From positions 16,884-80,883 of the IMG/VR virus record IMGVR_UViG_3300037961_005793: a stretch of 64,000 nt of DNA. One strand, written 5' to 3'. This stretch comes from a virus. This document shows positions 37,145 to 46,679 of this stretch, piece after piece (the first letter of the stretch is position 1; the number at the start of each line of letters is the position of its first letter). Below the pieces are notes generated by a model, which saw nothing but the letters and a program-made list of their open reading frames with translations, had not been told where the DNA came from and did no database searches. A program made the translations under genes and the position numbers.

Positions 37145-38682
37145 ACATGCAAAACGAAACTATTCGCCTCAACACTGAGCCTCCTCTTGTTCTGAAAGTC
37201 GGGGCCATGACTGATTTTCTTTGGCCCTCTTTTGTTCGTGAGATGAAACCTCGCGTTCAATATCTGGCTGATCGGTTTGACATCAAACGTCTCTCACGTT
37301 TTGGAAAAGAACTGTTCGAGTTCCTCTACATGGGTGGAGACGTTGATCCTGTAGTGAGTCTCGACGCGGTAGAAGAATATTTTCGGGCTAAACAAGATGG
37401 ACAAAGCGTTGAGTACCCACGCGGGTACAAACCTGAAAATGCACTGTGGCATTTGATTCTGGAGGATGTAATGAACAGTCCTGTGTATCACACAATGCAA
37501 CGACACTGCCTTGGTGATCACTTCAACTCAGGTAACAACGCAGTCAATATATTGAATGAGCTTGGTCAAGTAGTAGAAAATATGCTTGGCGAAGACACGG
37601 TTCTTACAGATGCTTTGGCTGAAAAAGGAGAGCAGCTGGAGCAGATTCGCTCTCAGTTCGTTGACGCTATGCAACAGGGTGACAGCAAGTCTGCTGCAGA
37701 GTTGAGAGCAAAAGGCAAGCAAATCGGTGAAGAAATGGAGGAGATTCTCAACGCTCTTCACAAAGGCAAGCAGGCAAGTATCCAGAAGGGTATCGAGAAA
37801 GCTCACGAGGATGCTGTTGACCAGCAAAACGCAATGTCGAAGCTGGCAGGCAATGGTGATGGTTTTGGTCATAAGCTCGACAACATCGATGACAAGATAA
37901 AACTTGCCAAGAAACTTCAAAGCAGCCGATTCTTACAGCTGTTTATCGATCGTCTTGGCGCTTTTAAAGCTGCTTGGACTCAACGCAAAAGGGAAAGAAC
38001 AGTCAAATCTAATTATTCAAATATTGTTGGGGCTGAACTTTCCAACAACATCACTAAAACATTTCCGTCTGAGCTTGCGTTAGCAGCCACGGATGAAGGT
38101 AAGGCTCTTTTCGCCCTGAAGTATGCACAGAAAACAATGCTGTGCAAAGACTTCGAAGCGAAGAGTAAAAATGTCCAGCAAGGTCCTGTCGTTATGTACG
38201 TTGACGTAAGTGGATCTATGCACGGTGATGACGAACTGTGGTCTAAAGCTCTCACTTACTGCGTGGTTGAAGAATGCACTAACAACAATCGTCCAATTTA
38301 CGTGCGTCTTTTCAACAGTACTATTGCAGACTCAATCGATATCAAACCAAATACAAAAGACAGCGACGACCTTTTGAAATTTATTATGAAATGGGGCACA
38401 TCAGGTGGCACTTCTTTCAATCGAGTGATGGTAGACGCTCGACAACTGAAACCAGAGATGACCAAAGCCGACATTCTCATCATTACCGATGGGGAGTGCG
38501 AGGTCGAAGACAGACATGTGCGAGAGTTCAACAAATTTGTGGACTCTCATAAAATCGATGTGCGTGGTTTTTGTATTGGTAAGAAGTCAGAGTCGATGGA
38601 AAAGTTCTGTGATGAAGTCGTTCTTGTAAACACTTCTAACGACACAGAGATGTCTGAGATATTTCAGAAGGCAATCGGATAA
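37141..38682 (+). CDS. VWA-domain protein (ViaA-like)
   Basis: MIDAS DVSGS, GGTSF and IITDG motifs. Confidence 0.88.
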   Translation: MNMQNETIRLNTEPPLVLKVGAMTDFLWPSFVREMKPRVQYLADRFDIKRLSRFGKELFEFLYMGGDVDPVVSLDAVEEYFRAKQDGQSVEYPRGYKPENALWHLILEDVMNSPVYHTMQRHCLGDHFNSGNNAVNILNELGQVVENMLGEDTVLTDALAEKGEQLEQIRSQFVDAMQQGDSKSAAELRAKGKQIGEEMEEILNALHKGKQASIQKGIEKAHEDAVDQQNAMSKLAGNGDGFGHKLDNIDDKIKLAKKLQSSRFLQLFIDRLGAFKAAWTQRKRERTVKSNYSNIVGAELSNNITKTFPSELALAATDEGKALFALKYAQKTMLCKDFEAKSKNVQQGPVVMYVDVSGSMHGDDELWSKALTYCVVEECTNNNRPIYVRLFNSTIADSIDIKPNTKDSDDLLKFIMKWGTSGGTSFNRVMVDARQLKPEMTKADILIITDGECEVEDRHVREFNKFVDSHKIDVRGFCIGKKSESMEKFCDEVVLVNTSNDTEMSEIFQKAIG

Positions 38683-38686
38683 AACG

Positions 38687-39130
38687 ATGTATGCTTTAAA
38701 TAGTTCTCACTTTCTAAAAGTGAACAGTCTCACAAAAAATTACCAGTGGATAAACGAGCTTGGTAATAAGTATGGAGACTATGCGTGTGACAGTGAACTA
38801 AAAGGTTGGCTAACAATCTGTTTGCTGAGCGATGAATTTGATGTGATGAGTATGTCCTTCGAGAGTTTCATCGTCACTTATGTTTCATCGTCTGAGTTGT
38901 TTAATGTGATAAACCTTACTACAGAGGACATTACAGATAAGGAGAAGACAGTACTGATTGATAAACACATCATTAAAAATTTCGGAGTGTCTAACCTCAA
39001 GGAGTTACGTAAAAGCACTCTGTGCTCTACATGCGATATATGCACATTAATAGACGATATTGAGAGTGACATACGAGGTTGCTTTGTAGTTGACGGAATG
39101 TTCAAGAACCGTAAGCTGACTGGCAGTTGA
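38687..39130 (+). CDS. Hypothetical protein
   Basis: AT-rich 147-aa ORF. Confidence 0.5.
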   Translation: MYALNSSHFLKVNSLTKNYQWINELGNKYGDYACDSELKGWLTICLLSDEFDVMSMSFESFIVTYVSSSELFNVINLTTEDITDKEKTVLIDKHIIKNFGVSNLKELRKSTLCSTCDICTLIDDIESDIRGCFVVDGMFKNRKLTGS

Positions 39131-39930
39131 ACTTTTTTTCAATGAATGTCCAATTCAATCTGAATGGAATCAGTTTGAAACAATCTGAAGCTGAGACACT
39201 GCTTGCCACAGCAGGTACTCCTTCAATCCAGCTTGACATCGGCAAGTACTTGAGCAAAGGGCAAGTAAGCGTTAAGAAGCTATTCGATCTAAGCATTGAA
39301 AAGCAACGTCCTGAACTCGCTGCTCTTGCGGCCAAGCTTGCGATCCAAGCTCCCGCACATCAGCAAGACTTTCCAGAACCTAAAGCACGTCAGCGCAGAA
39401 AAGGAATTCGACGTCTTCATGAAATTGAGGCTACGGATGCTCCGGCGATCGAGTGTCTTGACTATCTCCTAACTCATAAGAAGCTTGGCTCGATCGGAGC
39501 GGCGATGATTATTGAGGCTGTAGGGAGCGGACGACCAACAACTCTGCGCGACATTGCGGTCATGCAAGTAAACAAAGCGTGGAACAAAGGAATTACTGAG
39601 CACTCCACGATCTTTAGAGGCTTCGAGGACGACGGTAAATCTTTTGTCCCGATTGTGACCCGTGCAGAAAAGGGAGGTACTACTTTTCACGCCTCTCCGT
39701 TGTACAACGCTTTGCGAGAAGGGTTGAAGTACCTAGTGAAGAATGGCCTCGCTGAGGCGACGGCAAAAACGAGCTGGGGCTCTGACGACAAGGAGCTTAC
39801 CGAGAACGAGAAACAGCTTTGTAGAACCGTCTACGAAGTCAACCTCAGCAGCAAAGGAAAGGAGCTTAATGAGATCTGGGGAGACGCTGAGAAGTTTATT
39901 TACTCTTATTGGGAAGAGCGAGTGGTCTGA
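39127..39930 (+). CDS. Hypothetical protein (possible winged helix)
   Basis: 267-aa ORF followed by a terminator. Confidence 0.65.
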   Translation: MNFFSMNVQFNLNGISLKQSEAETLLATAGTPSIQLDIGKYLSKGQVSVKKLFDLSIEKQRPELAALAAKLAIQAPAHQQDFPEPKARQRRKGIRRLHEIEATDAPAIECLDYLLTHKKLGSIGAAMIIEAVGSGRPTTLRDIAVMQVNKAWNKGITEHSTIFRGFEDDGKSFVPIVTRAEKGGTTFHASPLYNALREGLKYLVKNGLAEATAKTSWGSDDKELTENEKQLCRTVYEVNLSSKGKELNEIWGDAEKFIYSYWEERVV

Positions 39931-39950
39931 CAAAAGCGGACTAACATTCA

Positions 39951-39978
39951 GGGGCTGCGACGGAAGCAGCCCTTTTTT
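39951..39978 (+). terminator. Rho-independent terminator
   Basis: GGGCTGC-loop-GCAGCCC followed by TTTTTT. Confidence 0.8.
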
Positions 39979-39984
39979 AATGCC

Positions 39985-41880
39985 ATGCAACTTCGCTACA
40001 TAACCACGCGGGACCAGCTCGAACAAGCCTTCACAGAGTTGTGGACAATCCCCAAGCTTTGCTTAGACACGGAAACTACAGGACTAGACGCAAGAGTTTG
40101 TGACGTTCGTCTTCTTCAACTTTGTACGACCCAGGCAGATGTAGAAGACCGTGTGGTTTATGTTATTGATTTATTCAAATGCAAAGACATCGATGGTTTG
40201 AAAGCGTTGATCGAATCACGCGAAATGATTCTGGGACACAACCTGAACTTTGATCTCCAGTTCTTACTTCAATTAGGTATCGACTTTAAACACAAAATAT
40301 TTGACACATTTATAGCCGAACGTTGTTTAGTAGCTGGTTCCAAAGAAAAGAAAGTGTCTCCGAAAACTGAGAAGGTTTTCTTCGGGGAAATCAGCTGTTC
40401 CCTCAAGGCAGTTGTTGATAGGAGATTGAATTTAGAAATCTCAAAAGAACAACAAGTTTCGGACTGGAGCAAGCTTGACTTAGATATCGAACAGATCGAA
40501 TACGCAGCAAAGGACGTAGATATCCTCCCACAGGTTGCGAAGATTCAATTAGCTGAACTGGCTTCTGAAAACCTAGTTGAGGTCTACAGTTTAGAGAGTA
40601 AGGTCATACGACCAGTGGCGTTAATGTGTCACTATGGTTTTGGTGTAGATGTCAGTAAAGTAAGAGAACTAAAAGCCAAGAAGCAGCAAGAACTTGACAG
40701 AGCGACTAAATTGTTCTGTGAGTCTCTTGATGATCGACTTCCTGATGGATTCAAATTACCGAGACAGGATGACGGATCTATCGCCGTGGGAAAGAACGCT
40801 AAAAAGGAATTTAATCCTGGATCAAATATTCAATGCGTCAAATACTTCAACCAAATCGGCACTGCTTTACCAATTGATGATCGAACAGGAAAACAGACAC
40901 TGTCGCAGGTAGCTCTTTCAGAGTTTGACAGCGAAGATATTACGCTCAATCTCCTCAGAAAGAGAACAAAAATTGAGACAGCCTTAGCTCACGTTGAAAA
41001 AATTCTTGACAACATAAACCCCATATCAGACCGAATGCACAGTGGGTACAACACCTACGGAGCAAACAGCGGAAGATTTACAAGCTCAGGATCTAAAAGA
41101 GTCACTGGCAAAAAGAAAAAAGAAACTTGGGGCATCAACATTCAACAAGTTCCAAGAGATAAAGAATTTAGAGAGTGCTTTGTACCGACGCCTGGTTACA
41201 AATTTATAATCGCTGACTACTCGCAGATCGAATTACGACTGGCAGCAGAGCTTGTAAACATCCCCCAAATGATCAAAGCTTTCAACGAAGGGTTAGATTT
41301 ACACAGTCTTACAGCGAGTCTCATTTACCATGTTGAGATTGACAAAGTTGAAAAGCAGCAACGTCAAATGGGCAAGACTTTGAACTTTGCATTGTTGTAC
41401 GGCATGGGGTTCAGAAAATACAAAACATATAGTGCTCAGTCAGGGAATATAATCACCTTGAGTGAAGCGAAGACTGCTCACGCTGGTTTCCACAGGGCGT
41501 ACCCTCGACTAAGGGAGTGGCACAGAGAACGGAGTGCCATGGTGGATGACGGTTGGACATATGTAAGGACTCCCATCGGTCGCAGAAGGCTGTTGAGTTA
41601 CGACGATGCAACAATGAGTGCGTGTGCAAACACCTTGATACAAGGTGCTGGTGCAGATATTTTAAAGATAGCAATTGCAAATCTAGGTAAGCATGTGAAT
41701 CAAAAGTTTAGACCTATAGCCACAGTTCACGATGAGCTAATCTTCGAGGCACTGGAAGAGAAAGCAGAAGAGTATAAGGTGATACTGGAGACAGAAATGA
41801 AAGAGGCTGCTTTGTCGGTTCTCCGTAAGGTCCCAGTAAAATGCGATGCTAACGTTGCCGAATCCTGGGCCGAAAAGTAA
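39985..41880 (+). CDS. polA: DNA polymerase family A with 3'-5' exonuclease
   Basis: DTETT, ADYSQIELR, RQMGKTLNFALLYG (Phe at the 762-equivalent) and VHDEL motifs. Confidence 0.95.
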   Translation: MQLRYITTRDQLEQAFTELWTIPKLCLDTETTGLDARVCDVRLLQLCTTQADVEDRVVYVIDLFKCKDIDGLKALIESREMILGHNLNFDLQFLLQLGIDFKHKIFDTFIAERCLVAGSKEKKVSPKTEKVFFGEISCSLKAVVDRRLNLEISKEQQVSDWSKLDLDIEQIEYAAKDVDILPQVAKIQLAELASENLVEVYSLESKVIRPVALMCHYGFGVDVSKVRELKAKKQQELDRATKLFCESLDDRLPDGFKLPRQDDGSIAVGKNAKKEFNPGSNIQCVKYFNQIGTALPIDDRTGKQTLSQVALSEFDSEDITLNLLRKRTKIETALAHVEKILDNINPISDRMHSGYNTYGANSGRFTSSGSKRVTGKKKKETWGINIQQVPRDKEFRECFVPTPGYKFIIADYSQIELRLAAELVNIPQMIKAFNEGLDLHSLTASLIYHVEIDKVEKQQRQMGKTLNFALLYGMGFRKYKTYSAQSGNIITLSEAKTAHAGFHRAYPRLREWHRERSAMVDDGWTYVRTPIGRRRLLSYDDATMSACANTLIQGAGADILKIAIANLGKHVNQKFRPIATVHDELIFEALEEKAEEYKVILETEMKEAALSVLRKVPVKCDANVAESWAEK

Positions 41881-42398
41881 TGCTGACTGTATGGCTGCCT
41901 GAATCCAAGGGCAAAGAGGTGTTCACCGCTAAAACAGACAGCGGTTATGTGGGTTGCGTACAAACCAACGAGTGTTTCTTGATGACAACCAAATTTTTTG
42001 ACAAACCATTAGAAGCAGCGAATGCTGCACGAAAACTGAAAAAACAAATGAAAGAAAAAGGTTCTTTAACAGCTACAGTACAAGTAAAAACTGTAAAAGA
42101 TAAGACAAAATTAAAATCACATGTAAAGTTAACAGGTCGTTTGTACACCCAGTACGACACAGAAGCTATGCCTTTGCTTAGTTTCCAGGAAATTTGGGTT
42201 CTTACGCATCCGAAAGGATATGTATACGACTGTCTAAATCAAAAAAAGAAACAACTTGTTGCTTTTACATCTGACAGGGAAAAAGCTAAGCGTTTTAAAA
42301 GCCACGAGGAGGCATGTAGGATCATGCGTACGCTCAAAGGAGTAGTTGGTCCAGGGTTTAACCTCACACGTTTTTATATCAAACTAGATAGTGATTAG
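41880..42398 (+). CDS. Basic hypothetical protein
   Basis: TAATG-coupled to polA. Confidence 0.65.
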   Translation: MLTVWLPESKGKEVFTAKTDSGYVGCVQTNECFLMTTKFFDKPLEAANAARKLKKQMKEKGSLTATVQVKTVKDKTKLKSHVKLTGRLYTQYDTEAMPLLSFQEIWVLTHPKGYVYDCLNQKKKQLVAFTSDREKAKRFKSHEEACRIMRTLKGVVGPGFNLTRFYIKLDSD

Positions 42399-42403
42399 AA
42401 TTA

Positions 42404-44266
42404 TTGGGTATAAAAAGACAGCTGGGTTTAGGTTCGATGAAATTTGCGCCAGGTACACCTAGATCTGTAGCCGAAGCTGCGTTAATTAGAGCTGGATATC
42501 CTGCGCCAAGAAGACCAGGACCGAAAAGTTTTGTTATGGACACTAGGGGGGTTGACCCTGGTTCTTATGATGCTTTTCCTCGTGCTACCGACTATGCACC
42601 TGGTGTGTCTGCGCCTAAGACGCCTAAGAAGAACAACTATGGCACGGCGATTGATCTGCCTCCAGGTTCGGCAATAACGCAAGTCTTTTTAGACAGTGAT
42701 CGAGATGGTGTTGATGATCGATTTCAAACTGGTCCTGGTATGCCTGATTCGCGTGGTGTAAAACCACCAGGAAAAACTATAATTGACAAAGGTACGAGTA
42801 ACAACCGATCCATGTCTTCCTCATATCGGTCAGTAAAAGATAGTGGGTTTGATCCGGCTGCTTACGGTAATCCCGATATTGGTCTGAAAGATGTCTACGA
42901 ACTGCGGAAACGCGGTTTTAATCGGAAAGAAATTCAAGATTACGTTGATTATAAGAAAAAAGGAGGAATGAATATCGGTGCGAGAGTCCAGGGCGGCTTA
43001 TCGCTGATGGGTACTCAAGGCGATAAGAAAGGATCGATCGCTGACTCCGGGTACAGTTATAAAGATTTTGGTGACGGCAAGGGCGTTGGCTTCCACGACC
43101 TCGTGGAACTCACCGGACGAGGCTACGGAAAACAAGCAATCTCAGATTATATTGAGGGGCAGCGAAAACAAGGCACCACTATCGGCGGAGCAGTTTCCGA
43201 CTTGATGGGTTTGGTGGGACCAGTCGGAGGGAGAGATAAAAAACCTGAAACTCCTGTTACTCCTACCCCGACTCCGACTAAAGTTGTAAACAAGGAAGTC
43301 TCGTCCGGAAATAAAGGACAAGGTGCTGGAAGCACAGTTGATAACAGGATCAACATAAAAGCCGCTCCTGCGATGAAAGCACCTGCTGCAGCCCCAATGG
43401 CAGGCGCAAAGTTTGGCTTAGCTCCCACAGAAGTGGTTGAGCAAACTCGCGGTCGTGGCTATGGGTTGACATATAGCCCTCAACAGAGAGACGCACAGAC
43501 CGTTAAATACGGTGGTGGTCCTCAGAACGTCATCAACTTCAACCCAAATATGGTCCAACAGGCCAACCCCAACATTAACGTTGCGGGTTCTAAGGCTATC
43601 AATAAACCGACCACGACAAATACAAACATTACCGAAAGTGGTAAAGGTGGTATTGACTATGCCCCTGGTGGTAGTGGAGGAAGCGGTGGCGGCGGTGGCG
43701 GTGGAGGAACCGCACCCGGAAGCGGTGGCGGCGGTGGCGGTGGAGGAACCGCACCCGGAAGCGGTGGCGGCGGTAACCAACCTGGCGCTGGTGGCGGTAA
43801 CCAACCTGGCGCTGGTGGCGGTAACCAACCTGGCGGCGGTGGCGGTAACCAACCTGGCGGCGGTGGCGGTAAAAACTACCGAAAGAAGATGAACCGCTAC
43901 ATGCGGACGTTTGACCGTACTGCAGAAGGAGCCGGTTCCAAGAAAGGGACTGATCGTTTCAGTGCTAAAGACATCCGCACGATGTTTAAGGCTGGTCGGA
44001 AAAGGGGTGGCAGCAAAAAGCAAGTCGCAAGAGACGTTCTTGCTTATGCACGTCGCAACCGTAAGAAGACCAAAATGGGTGGTAAGGCCAAGGCTCAGCT
44101 TGACAAGCTGCAGAGGATGCTGGGCGCGAGGAGGAAAGAGGAGAAGAAACGTAAGTCAATGACCGCTAAACAACAGCGGAAATTAGATCGGAAGCAACGC
44201 AAGCGGGCGAAGAAGAAGGTCCGGAAGTACCTGAAGCGTCGTCGCAACAAGCGGAAGAACCGCTGA
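42404..44266 (+). CDS. Large basic protein with repeated domain, Gly repeats and protamine-like tail
   Basis: Internal repeats, GGNQPG repeats, K/R-rich end; start uncertain. Confidence 0.7.
   Translation: MGIKRQLGLGSMKFAPGTPRSVAEAALIRAGYPAPRRPGPKSFVMDTRGVDPGSYDAFPRATDYAPGVSAPKTPKKNNYGTAIDLPPGSAITQVFLDSDRDGVDDRFQTGPGMPDSRGVKPPGKTIIDKGTSNNRSMSSSYRSVKDSGFDPAAYGNPDIGLKDVYELRKRGFNRKEIQDYVDYKKKGGMNIGARVQGGLSLMGTQGDKKGSIADSGYSYKDFGDGKGVGFHDLVELTGRGYGKQAISDYIEGQRKQGTTIGGAVSDLMGLVGPVGGRDKKPETPVTPTPTPTKVVNKEVSSGNKGQGAGSTVDNRINIKAAPAMKAPAAAPMAGAKFGLAPTEVVEQTRGRGYGLTYSPQQRDAQTVKYGGGPQNVINFNPNMVQQANPNINVAGSKAINKPTTTNTNITESGKGGIDYAPGGSGGSGGGGGGGGTAPGSGGGGGGGGTAPGSGGGGNQPGAGGGNQPGAGGGNQPGGGGGNQPGGGGGKNYRKKMNRYMRTFDRTAEGAGSKKGTDRFSAKDIRTMFKAGRKRGGSKKQVARDVLAYARRNRKKTKMGGKAKAQLDKLQRMLGARRKEEKKRKSMTAKQQRKLDRKQRKRAKKKVRKYLKRRRNKRKNR
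43679..43870 (+). repeat. Coding tandem repeats (39 bp x2, 24 bp x4)
   Basis: Encode GSGGGGGGGGTAP x2 and GNQPG(A/G)GG x4. Confidence 0.9.
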
Positions 44267-44345
44267 ACGAGGTAAAAGATTATGAAAAACTTTCTAACTG
44301 AGCTTAAGTTCTGGATTAATCTTTACCGCGTAGTTAAGCGAATGG

Positions 44346-44963
44346 ATGCTGAGGAGAGAGCGAATCTCCTCAGTTTTCCATCAAACGATGTTTACTGAGA
44401 ACTATCAAGTCTCATTCACTCGTTCAAACAAAACAATAAAGCTTGCTGTCACAGCTCAGGATGTTGCCCACGCGCAGGCGCAAGCTTTAGACATAACCAG
44501 GAGTCTCGAAGCTGACAAGTTCGAGCTGGGTTATGGTGCTTGTAAAAACAGTCAGTTAAGTGACCTATACAAAAAACTAGCGTACAACGACTTTAGTCAC
44601 GACCATTGTTACGAATGGGAGAGTTCTTTAACTAATGGTGTGCCTTCTGTATACGCATTTGGAAGAAGGTATTATGTAAGACCTTTGATACTAGGTTATT
44701 TAGATATTCAAAAAGATCAAATAGTAAAAAACACATGCGGTAATACAAAGTGCATCAACCCATACCATAATCATTACATGCATTTCAAAAACTCAAAACT
44801 TGGTGGCGGGGACATGCAGATCGCCCTAGCATTCCGAAGCCAAGGCGTGTCTGTTCCGCAGATCGCCAAGGTGCTTAAAGTCCACCGCTCAACGATTTAC
44901 AGAGCCCTAAAAAATGAACGTCTTCTTATTGGGGATAAGGGTCACCGACAAGGCGATCCTTGA
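44346..44963 (+). CDS. Degenerate HNH/His-Cys domain fused to HTH
   Basis: CYEW...TCGNTKCINPYH and QIAKVLKVHRSTIYRAL; likely ATG 44388. Confidence 0.7.
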   Translation: MLRRERISSVFHQTMFTENYQVSFTRSNKTIKLAVTAQDVAHAQAQALDITRSLEADKFELGYGACKNSQLSDLYKKLAYNDFSHDHCYEWESSLTNGVPSVYAFGRRYYVRPLILGYLDIQKDQIVKNTCGNTKCINPYHNHYMHFKNSKLGGGDMQIALAFRSQGVSVPQIAKVLKVHRSTIYRALKNERLLIGDKGHRQGDP

Positions 44964-45561
44964 AGACGGCAAAGCCAACGTCATCGCGGAAGCTCTGCCA
45001 TCTTCAAACAAACGTGTCTCAACTAAAGTCCAACTAATCCAAAAAGCTGACCACTACGTAGGAAAGCTCCTTCAAGACCTTCAAGAAAAGCAGGAAGTTC
45101 TTGCACTGGGTCCTGTAAAACCCACGCCGGATGGTGTGTTGGTAATGCAGCCTATGCTTGTTATCAGCAAAGAAAACTTCTCTGACCTTCTCGCCGTCAA
45201 TGCCTTCATGGCATGCGGAGGTCTTGGACCAAAGTCTCAAGAAAATGAAGTAGGAGAATCGACCGTCACCAATCGCTCGATTGCGTGGCAGATTCCAGGT
45301 GAAACTGAGACGAATTGGTTCAAGCTCACAGCGTGGAACGAACTATCGACTCAGTTAGCCGAACTTCCCAACGGCACGCCAACTATTGCAGTGGGTCGTG
45401 TAAGCACGAGCGAAAAAGAAAACAAGCAGTACCTGAACTACCAAGCTGACCAAATTCTTTATCTACCTAAGGGCACGAAGTCCGCGCCCAAAAAGGCTGC
45501 CGATCCTGAGAAAGGTCAAGTGGCAGCAGCGGCTCTCGGTTCAATCGACTTTAACCTCTGA
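44914..45561 (+). CDS. ssb: Single-stranded DNA-binding protein, probable tandem OB folds
   Basis: ETNWFKLTAW...GTPTIAVGR in the second half; similar pattern in the first half. Confidence 0.7.
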   Translation: MNVFLLGIRVTDKAILEDGKANVIAEALPSSNKRVSTKVQLIQKADHYVGKLLQDLQEKQEVLALGPVKPTPDGVLVMQPMLVISKENFSDLLAVNAFMACGGLGPKSQENEVGESTVTNRSIAWQIPGETETNWFKLTAWNELSTQLAELPNGTPTIAVGRVSTSEKENKQYLNYQADQILYLPKGTKSAPKKAADPEKGQVAAAALGSIDFNL

Positions 45562-45563
45562 TC

Positions 45564-46373
45564 ATGGTATTTATCGCAGGCAAGTTTGCGGCAGATGAAA
45601 TTCTCTGCCAAGTCCCTCCGCACACTCTCCGAATCGATCTGCAGCAACGCAGGTGGAAGAGTGATAACGATCCCGATCAAGCGATCACAGACTCGAACGA
45701 CAATGGGATCCCTATCGAGTTTATTCTCCTCGGGTTTACTCCCTTCTACGGAAACCTTGGAATGCGTTCCCACGAGGAGTTCATTCGGATTGCATACATT
45801 GGTGTTTCTCCTTCGCACCGTCTGCTTCCTCCTCGATGTGTTTCAACTAGCGTTATATCCGGTAAGAGTAGTCAAAAGAATTTCATCTCATATTTCCAGA
45901 CGCTTTACAACAACCGTATCAACGTTGCGGAAGTTGTGACTGCGACTAAATTTGTGCAACGTAGCTTCACTCAAACCGACCCTGTGTCGGGAGCTGACGT
46001 CGGTAAGGTCAATTACAATGTCCTAGAGTTTTCTGATCGTCCAGTAAACGGCGACGATGAAGAAAACCTGGTTAAAGACATTGCGACTTGGCTTACCGGA
46101 GACGGAGGAGAGCTGGTTTCAGCTTCACTTCGTAGTCATATCTCCGGTGCGAATCTGGTTGAGCTACCTCTCGGAACAGACCACGAGGAGATTAAAAATG
46201 CTTTTAACGAAGCTCATCCAAAACTGGAGGGTTCTAAGGCGCAAGGTCTTAGCGCTCTTCCTGCTGGAGCGGGCGAACCTAAAGCGGCTCCTCCAGAACC
46301 TAAGTCAGACAAACCTAAGGAATTGACTAAGGAACAAAAGGAGGCGCTCAAAGCAGCCGGTTTAGAAGTATGA
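45564..46373 (+). CDS. Hypothetical replication/recombination protein
   Basis: Follows SSB; followed by a terminator. Confidence 0.65.
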   Translation: MVFIAGKFAADEILCQVPPHTLRIDLQQRRWKSDNDPDQAITDSNDNGIPIEFILLGFTPFYGNLGMRSHEEFIRIAYIGVSPSHRLLPPRCVSTSVISGKSSQKNFISYFQTLYNNRINVAEVVTATKFVQRSFTQTDPVSGADVGKVNYNVLEFSDRPVNGDDEENLVKDIATWLTGDGGELVSASLRSHISGANLVELPLGTDHEEIKNAFNEAHPKLEGSKAQGLSALPAGAGEPKAAPPEPKSDKPKELTKEQKEALKAAGLEV

Positions 46374-46412
46374 TCTGACCGGGCGTCGAGCCTTCTGATG
46401 TTCGGGGTTTTG

Positions 46413-46445
46413 AGACGGGTGTTTGCAGCACCCGTCTTTTTATTT
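46413..46445 (+). terminator. Rho-independent terminator
   Basis: AGACGGGTG-loop-CACCCGTCT followed by a T-run. Confidence 0.8.
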
Positions 46446-46679
46446 GCCCAGAAGTTTTGCTATCGACGGAAGGGGATAACCCTCTGAGGCAACGTACCGA
46501 GCAAGCTCTTTAAACAGTTGCTTCTGCACTAAATAATTTGCATGAAGGAGATCTATAATTTCATGTAACTCATCTGCATCTCTCAGCTGTCTCGTTTTAT
46601 TCATAAATTTATGGTGGTAGAACTCTGATTCCACAGCCATATAATCCCTTAAGCGACCGACAAGATCTTCAGATTCCAT
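46440..46679 (-). CDS. Hypothetical protein
   Basis: 79-aa ORF filling the gap. Confidence 0.55.
   Translation of the reverse strand: MESEDLVGRLRDYMAVESEFYHHKFMNKTRQLRDADELHEIIDLLHANYLVQKQLFKELARYVASEGYPLPSIAKLLGK

Noticed and set aside
39945-39980. GACGGAAG similar to the glnA riboswitch junction
   Set aside because: Fully explained as the loop of an intrinsic terminator
43418-44023. Alternative-frame ORFs over the Gly repeats; possible CRISPR-like array
   Set aside because: By-products of in-frame coding tandem repeats; no unique spacers
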